Assembly: GCF_006345805.1 (NCBI RefSeq)
Contig: NW_021832257.1
Location: forward strand, 1 to 61,737
Length of the DNA stretch: 61,737 nt
Direction of reading: 5' to 3'
Origin: Octopus sinensis
Taxonomy: Eukaryota
Below the pieces are notes generated by a model. It was not told the origin of the DNA. It saw nothing but the letters and a program-made list of their open reading frames with translations, and searched no databases. The first letter of the stretch is position 1; every line of letters begins with the position of its first letter. Below are positions 56,012 through 61,737 of the stretch, piece after piece. Both the position numbers and the translations under genes were made by a program.

Positions 56012-56207
56012 ATGAATACACACATACACACGTATACACATGCATACAAACATACAAACAAACAAACAAACACACACACATACACACACACACACAAATA
56101 CACTCTGGTTCCAAGCTTCGAACTGCTGGCCAAAGCTTAAATTCAAGACAATCAGAGTAAGGGTTATTAAAATTTCCAGCCATGCAATAAATAAGATAAA
56201 ATGGTCG

Positions 56208-56250
56208 AAACAAGACATGTTTCAGCCTTGTTAGACTTCATCAGTAAAAG
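56208..56250 (-). ncRNA. Hammerhead-like catalytic core with canonical GUC site but no clear stem I
   Basis: CUGAUGA (56244-56238), then AGUCU-AACA-AGGCU (5-bp stem II), then GAAA-CAUG-UC. Palindromic ACAUGU helix III. Confidence 0.45.
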
Positions 56251-56651
56251 AATATTAACTGCAATTGCTTCAACATGAGAGCAATCAGCATATCGCAAAG
56301 ACAGGGCGAAAACTAGTGACACGGAACACTGAGTACTGAAAATGCAAAATGCTTTGATTAAATGATATTATGCTTGCTCCACAAGAAGTAACAGCTAAGC
56401 CACCCTCCAAAATTTCCATCCGGGAAGGAAGGATAGATACATAGGGCAACGTTGCCTTGAATATATAAGACTATAACATTCACAGCTGCAACACATTTGA
56501 TCATATATATATCTGCACAAACAGACCTCATCCAGGGTTAAAGAAGAAGAACAACAATAACTTGCAGGCATGCATTGACACACACACGATTTTTAAAAAA
56601 ACATATATATAATGAGGCATTATTTAAGATTAAGGATCAAAGATGACTTAC

Positions 56652-56742
56652 CGATTTCCTTGCGATTTCTTCGATTTAGGTCTCCGTTTTGTAATATCAT
56701 CAGGAATATGTGTTGCTGGGGCAGCGTACCCATGTTCAGCCT
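56652..56742 (-). CDS. MXI1: Internal coding exon (91 nt, phase 1 to phase 2) of an MXD/Mad/MXI1-family bHLH-Zip transcriptional repressor
   Basis: Acceptor ttcattttcttttttcccctgtgctctgcatggacag| and donor |gtaagtc. Reads AG GCT GAA CAT GGG TAC GCT ... GGA AAT CG = (E)AEHGYAAPATHIPDDITKRRPKSKKSQGN(R). EAEHGYA is the hallmark motif following the SID in MXD/MXI1 proteins. Joins in frame to the 28851-28880 exon. The symbol marks the family; the paralogue cannot be assigned. Confidence 0.95.
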
Positions 56743-56847
56743 CTGTCCATGCAGAGCACAGGGGAAAAAAGAAAATGAAGAATATTAGTATTTTTTAAAA
56801 CATAAGATGAAATACAGAAATACAGTATCAATGCATTTTCTTTTATA

Positions 56848-57060
56848 CAAAGGGGTGCTGAAAAGTTCCTGGTTTTAAGGGCATCGCGCAAGGCCTGGTT
56901 AGAGGCCTAACCTTCCAAGTTTACCTTCTTTTACGGGGCTTAGAAAAACTGAAAGACTGCTACAATAAGTGTGTGAATCTGAGGGGAGAATATGTTGATC
57001 AAAGTCATAATTAACAGACCCTCCTGTATTTTGATTTAACTCGAAGCCAACATCTTTTCA
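56848..57060 (+). mobile_element. Mariner deletion derivative retaining the transposase C-terminus
   Basis: TA|CAAAGGGGTGCTGAAAAGTTCCTGG TIR-like end. 56931-57013 reads LRGLEKLKDCYNKCVNLRGEYVDQ, like the mariner C-terminal GIxKLxxRWxKCxxxxGxY. The right TIR is degenerate. Confidence 0.75.
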
Positions 57061-57415
57061 TAGATATAGAGATAAATCTTCTGTAGATATAAAGTGAATG
57101 TAGAGCTGCACCAGGCCCCAGTCTGATTCAGCTTGGTTTCTACAGCTAGATGCCCTTCCTAATGCCAACCACTATACAGAGTGTGTTGGGTGCTTTTACG
57201 TGGCCCTGGCAAGGGCAATTTTTATGTGGTTTGGCATGGGTGGATTTTTCATTGTCCTAATAACTGACAAGATGCCAGAGCAGATTATATATTATATAAT
57301 AACATATTATATTACAGATAAATTCCTCTATTTGCATAATATCGAGGTCTCAATCATTCTTTTGTTGTCATACCATTTTTATCAATATATATATACACAC
57401 ACACATATATATATA

Positions 57416-57458
<43 letters not shown>

Positions 57459-58096
57459 TATATATACATATATAAGCTCACATGTTCTGATGTTCTGTGT
57501 ACGTATACACAAACACACACACATTGTATATATATATAGAGATATATATATACACAGACACACGCATGCATATCTAGAGATAAGCAGTCAGATAAATAGA
57601 CAGACTTTCGAGAATAAACAAATATACCATGACAAAAAAAAAAACACTGCATAGTTTTATTTTATATATTTATATATTAGTTTACATTGGTTTAACGAAC
57701 TTCTCGCTTCTATTTTTAAAATTTCATTTGATTTTCATCTTTGTTTAATTTAATTCATCATTTATTTTTCTGTTTGTTTGTTTGTTTGTTTATATTGTAA
57801 TCTCTTTCCTCTACACATCCTTATCCACTGCGACATAACACATCACACCGCAAACTAGAACAATAACAACAACGACAGCTATTGACAATTAAAACACATC
57901 ACAAGACCTAAGTGCACCCGCCGTCGTTATAATTATACATGCAGGGTCACAGTGACACCGACCGTGGCATCAATTGTCAATGTGCACTGATTGTTCACCT
58001 TGAACAGCACAGCATGTGCTCAATGCATGAATGCACTGTGCCTCACGAATGCCATTTTTTAAAACAATAAACTACAATAGTTAATATATATGTGTG

Positions 58097-58133
<37 letters not shown>

Positions 58134-60191
58134 ACACATACACACACACACACACATTCACACACATTGTTACCATCATCCTTTAATGTCAACTTTCATG
58201 TTTGCATGGGTCAAATGAAATCTGCGGAAGTAGGGATTGTTCCAGCTCGACTACATTGCTCCAGTTCACTCAGCGGGCAAAAATGAGTAGTACCTGTATT
58301 TCAAAGGGCCGGCCTTGTCACACTCTGTCGCATGCTGAATCTCCCTCAGAACTATGTTAAGGGTACTAGTGTCTGTGGAGTGCTCAGCCAGCCACATGCA
58401 TGTTAATTTCATGAGCAAGCTGTTCCAGTGATCGGATCAAATGGAACCCTGAACATTATAACCGATGGAGTATATATATATACACACACACACACATACA
58501 CTATTGACACTCCATCGCTTACAATGTCAAGAGTTCCAGTTGATCAAATCAATGGAACAGCCACCCCACCCCCTGTGAAATTAAAAGGTGAGCATTCCAC
58601 AGACATGTGTGCCCTTAATGTAGTTCTCAGGAAGATTCAGCATGGCACAGAATACGACAAGTCTGGCCCTTTGAAATACAGGTACTACTCACATAAAACA
58701 CCATCAGGAATCGAACTTGTGACCTAAGGATTGAAAGCCAAATACCCTAACCATTAAGCCACACCCCTTCACTATATAAATATACACACACAACACACAT
58801 ATATATATATAGCCAATGCCAGAGCTGCCTGACTGGCATTTATGTTGGTGTCATGTAAAAAGCTGGTGAGGGTGGGACAGTACCACAAAAACTAGCCAGA
58901 CTGAAGCCAGCACCAGACTTCTGCGACTGTTTTGGCAGGATTTTTACAGCTGGATGCCCTTCCTAACATCAACCACCCAGCAGAGTGGACTTAAAGCTTT
59001 TCATGTGGCACAAGCACAGGCGAGGTCAGTTTTGGCAATGTTTTTACAGCTGGATGCCCTTCTTAACACCAACCACTTTACAGTGTGGACTGGGTACTTT
59101 TAAGTGGCACCTGCACTGACAGGGTCACCAAGTACTTGCAAGACAATACTTTTAAGAAGGGAAGAGGCATTGGAGGAGGTGATGATGAAAAGGTTATAGT
59201 GAGACAGATACAGGTATCTTGCTGTAGAAGAAGTACAAGATTACCCAGCCAGAGAGAGAAAGATCAGAATGAAGACCGAGGCAGGTGCGCTACTGCAAAG
59301 AAAATATACGGTTGCCCAACCTGAGGGGAGTGAAGGAGGTGCAAGTATTGTGATTGTGAACCTGCTCACTTAGAGTAAACTCGGAACTAAACATCATCAT
59401 CATTCCTATCTTCATATTTTCTTTAAATGCAATGTGAAGAGAAATATGAAAAATAAATTATTGACAAATGATTGTACATGAGACAATATACAAAATGTCA
59501 CCGCTGCCAAGAAAAATAAGCACAACAACCATAGTTTGTGACCAGCTGCTTTGAAATGCAATGTGCAAGCAGTGCTCCTGATGGAGGATCTAGCACATTT
59601 ATTATATATGAATTAAAGAAGGCTAAACCTACAAATGTTCCTCCCATTAAAAAAAACATCCTGAGAAACGTCATGACAAGGATTTATTACCATCAAAACA
59701 ACAATAGACTGGAATATAGGAAACTTCAGGTTTAAGGAGGCTATTTTTATTGACAAATAAAATCCTTCTACCAACAATAGATAAGAGCCGTTATATAAGC
59801 TAATATAACACTATCTTCAGTCTGCACATGCAGTACTTCCTGAACTACATATTCCACTCATATTTGTATAAATCAGAGCAAAGTATGGCCTCCATTTTTT
59901 TCTTGATAAACAAGGCTTTTTAACACTAAAATGTTGAAATATGAGGTAAAAGGGTGGTGTTTGAAAGCACTCAACTGTTTCACAATGCTCTGTGCATTCT
60001 TTTATTTTTTTACTTGCTTCACTCATTGGACTGTGGCCATGCTGGGGCACCACCTTGGAGTATTTGGCTAATCAAATTGACCCCAGTACATATCAAGGTA
60101 TCAGGATTGTGAAGGTAACTTGTTAATTAGTCGGCCATGCCCATGCGTTTGAATGTGCACACACACACGCACACACACATTACATACGAGA

Positions 60192-60520
60192 ATGGCTTGT
60201 GTGTTATCTTGACTTGATGGTTTGTGTGTTATTTTGACTCGATGGTTTGTGTGTAACCTTGACTTGATGGTTTTTGTGTTACCTTGACTCGATGGTTTGT
60301 GTGCTATTTTGACTCGATGGTTTGTGTGTAACCTTGACGATGGTTTGTGTGTAACCTTGACTCGGTGGTTTGTGTGTAACCTTGACTCGATGGTTTGTGT
60401 GTAATCTTGACTCGATGGTTTGTGTGTAACCTTGACTCGATGGTCTGTGTGTAACTTTGACTCGATTGTTTCTGTGTATCCTTGACTCGATGGTTTGTGT
60501 GTGATCTTGACTCGATGGTT
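60192..60520. repeat. 25-bp minisatellite, ~13 copies
   Basis: Unit cttgactcgatggtttgtgtgtaac head-to-tail with few variants and no spacers. Confidence 0.95.
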
Positions 60521-61170
60521 GCAAATAAGCATCACTATCATAGAAGTGATGTTTGTTATTTCCAGTCTCCTGTGGAAAACCTGCCTGACCAAGTGAAATT
60601 TTAACATCACTTGCAAAGAGGTGAGGGCAGGCGACAGGAAAGGCATTTGGCAGTAGGAAATCTACCTCAACAAATCCTGTCAGACCAAAGCAAATGTGGA
60701 GAAGTGGACGTTAAATGAGGACAATGACAATGATGGTGAAGACGATGATGATGATAGATTATACACACTCAAAGATTACGCACACATAAAACAAAACTAT
60801 ACAGCAAAACTATACATTAAGATTTTTTCTGTTCTTATACTTTCAAGTGCTTTGATGGTGTAAAAATGACATTGTGATAAGGATGGAGCCGGAATGGCGA
60901 AAAGGAATCAGAGAGCAATGACAGACACCATCACCACCACCACCACTGCAACCACTACCCCCCACCATCATCATCATCATCATCATCTTCATCGCTACTG
61001 GGTTTGTCTGACAGTGTAAGTCATTTGGTTCTGTTTTCGTTAGTACTCCAGGCCTACGAATAACGAAAGGCGTTCCGGCCATGACCAAGCAGACTTTTAC
61101 TGAGACACAGTGTATCTAGAAGTACATCACCCAACGATACGATCATGCAGGGATCATGACTTCAGTCTTC

Positions 61171-61438
61171 TTTACATTATTTACATTATTTACATTATTT
61201 ACATGTGACGGATATTTGTCCACATCTTGTTTGTTGTTAACTAAACGTTTCGGCTGATACACCCTCCAGCCTTCATCAGGTGTCTTAGGGAAATTTAAAA
61301 CCTGGGTTCTCATTCCTAAGGTATTTTTCAATGTTATTGTTATTATTATTATTATTATTCAGGTCATTGCCTGGAATTGAACTCGGAATCTTGGGGTTAG
61401 TAGCCCGCGCTCTTAGCCACTATGCCATATGCCCGTGG
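61171..61438 (-). mobile_element. tRNA-headed SINE with internal (AAT)n, a Penelope-like hammerhead-ribozyme module and a (AATAATGTA)n tail
   Basis: Pol III box A TGGCATAGTGG (61427-61417) and box B GTTCAATTCC (61382-61373). Then (AAT)n, then CTGATGA-A-GGCTG-loop-CAGCC-GAAACGTT, ending in about 3.7 copies of a 9-nt tail. Confidence 0.75.
61239..61285 (-). ncRNA. Minimal type I hammerhead ribozyme-like motif (stem I partly mutated)
   Basis: Core CUGAUGA (61279-61273), stem II GGCUG/CAGCC, GAAA, palindromic helix III AACGUU, NUH = GUU. Stem I GACAC/UAGUU pairs only 3 of 5. Confidence 0.6.
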
Positions 61439-61737
61439 TTCAAAATTTCAGCAAGCTGGCAGAATTGTTAGCACGCTGGCCAAAACGCTTAGTGGTACTT
61501 CTGCTACCGGTATTTCGTTCTGAATTCAAATTCTGCTGAGGTCGAATTTGCCTTTCATCTTTTTGGGGGTCAATTAAATAAGTACCAGTTACACACTGGG
61601 GTCAATGTAATCGACTTAATTCCTTGTCTGTAATCGACTTAATCCCTTTATTGATCCCGTGGGCAAGAGATAGATATTGCTCTTTCAGCCTTGAAAATCT
61701 GGCTCAATCCAGTAGACTATGAACAAGACCACCATCC

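Larger units (their letters stand above)
28881..56651 (-). other. 27,771-nt GT-AG intron between the two MXD exons
   Basis: Defined by the donor at 56651 (gtaagt) and the acceptor at 28881-28882 (ag). The reading frame is continuous across the junction (CG|G = Arg). Confidence 0.88.
56743..61737 (-). other. Probable intron upstream of the EAEHGY exon (SID exon outside window)
   Basis: Acceptor ag at 56743-56744. No SID-like (xIQxLxEAAxYL) exon seen in 56743-61737. Confidence 0.6.

Noticed and set aside
60192-60520. CRISPR-like array
   Set aside because: Head-to-tail repeats without unique spacers, in a eukaryotic intron.
244-61331. Hundreds of 60-255 aa ORFs in the supplied track
   Set aside because: Almost all are translations of (TA)n, (CA)n, (GA)n or triplet repeats ([12 protein letters not shown], poly-H/T/V/D), or of SINE bodies. 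They have no splice or homology support.

Overview
Eukaryotic, repeat-saturated genomic DNA. It is very likely an octopod cephalopod (Octopus-type SINE families and extreme AT/AC/AG/ATC microsatellite density; this is inference). The only protein-coding sequence I can support is 121 nt in two minus-strand exons of a Max-dimerization protein (MXD/Mad/MXI1 family, bHLH-Zip repressor). The exon at 56652-56742 reads (E)AEHGYAAPATHIPDDITKRRPKSKKSQGN(R). The 30-nt microexon at 28851-28880 reads (R)STHNELEKN(R). They are separated by a 27,771-nt intron. By eye I found neither the SID-encoding first exon nor the HLH exon (RAHLR..CLE..), so both probably lie outside the window and the whole window is probably inside this gene. 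Nearly all ORFs in the supplied track are microsatellite translations. The introns hold at least four abundant tRNA- or RTE-related SINE families, a non-autonomous Helitron, Tc1/mariner and piggyBac-like MITEs, decayed RTE and R2/Hero-type LINE ends, and several minisatellites. Most notable: (1) three hammerhead-ribozyme-like motifs of the minimal Penelope-like type, all on the host sense strand, one of them the 3' module of a tRNA-headed SINE; (2) a ~110-nt pri-miRNA-like hairpin; (3) a candidate poison exon just upstream of the microexon; (4) several inverted-repeat fold-backs that are plausible ADAR substrates. Repeat boundaries were read by eye and are approximate, and no database search or folding program was run.
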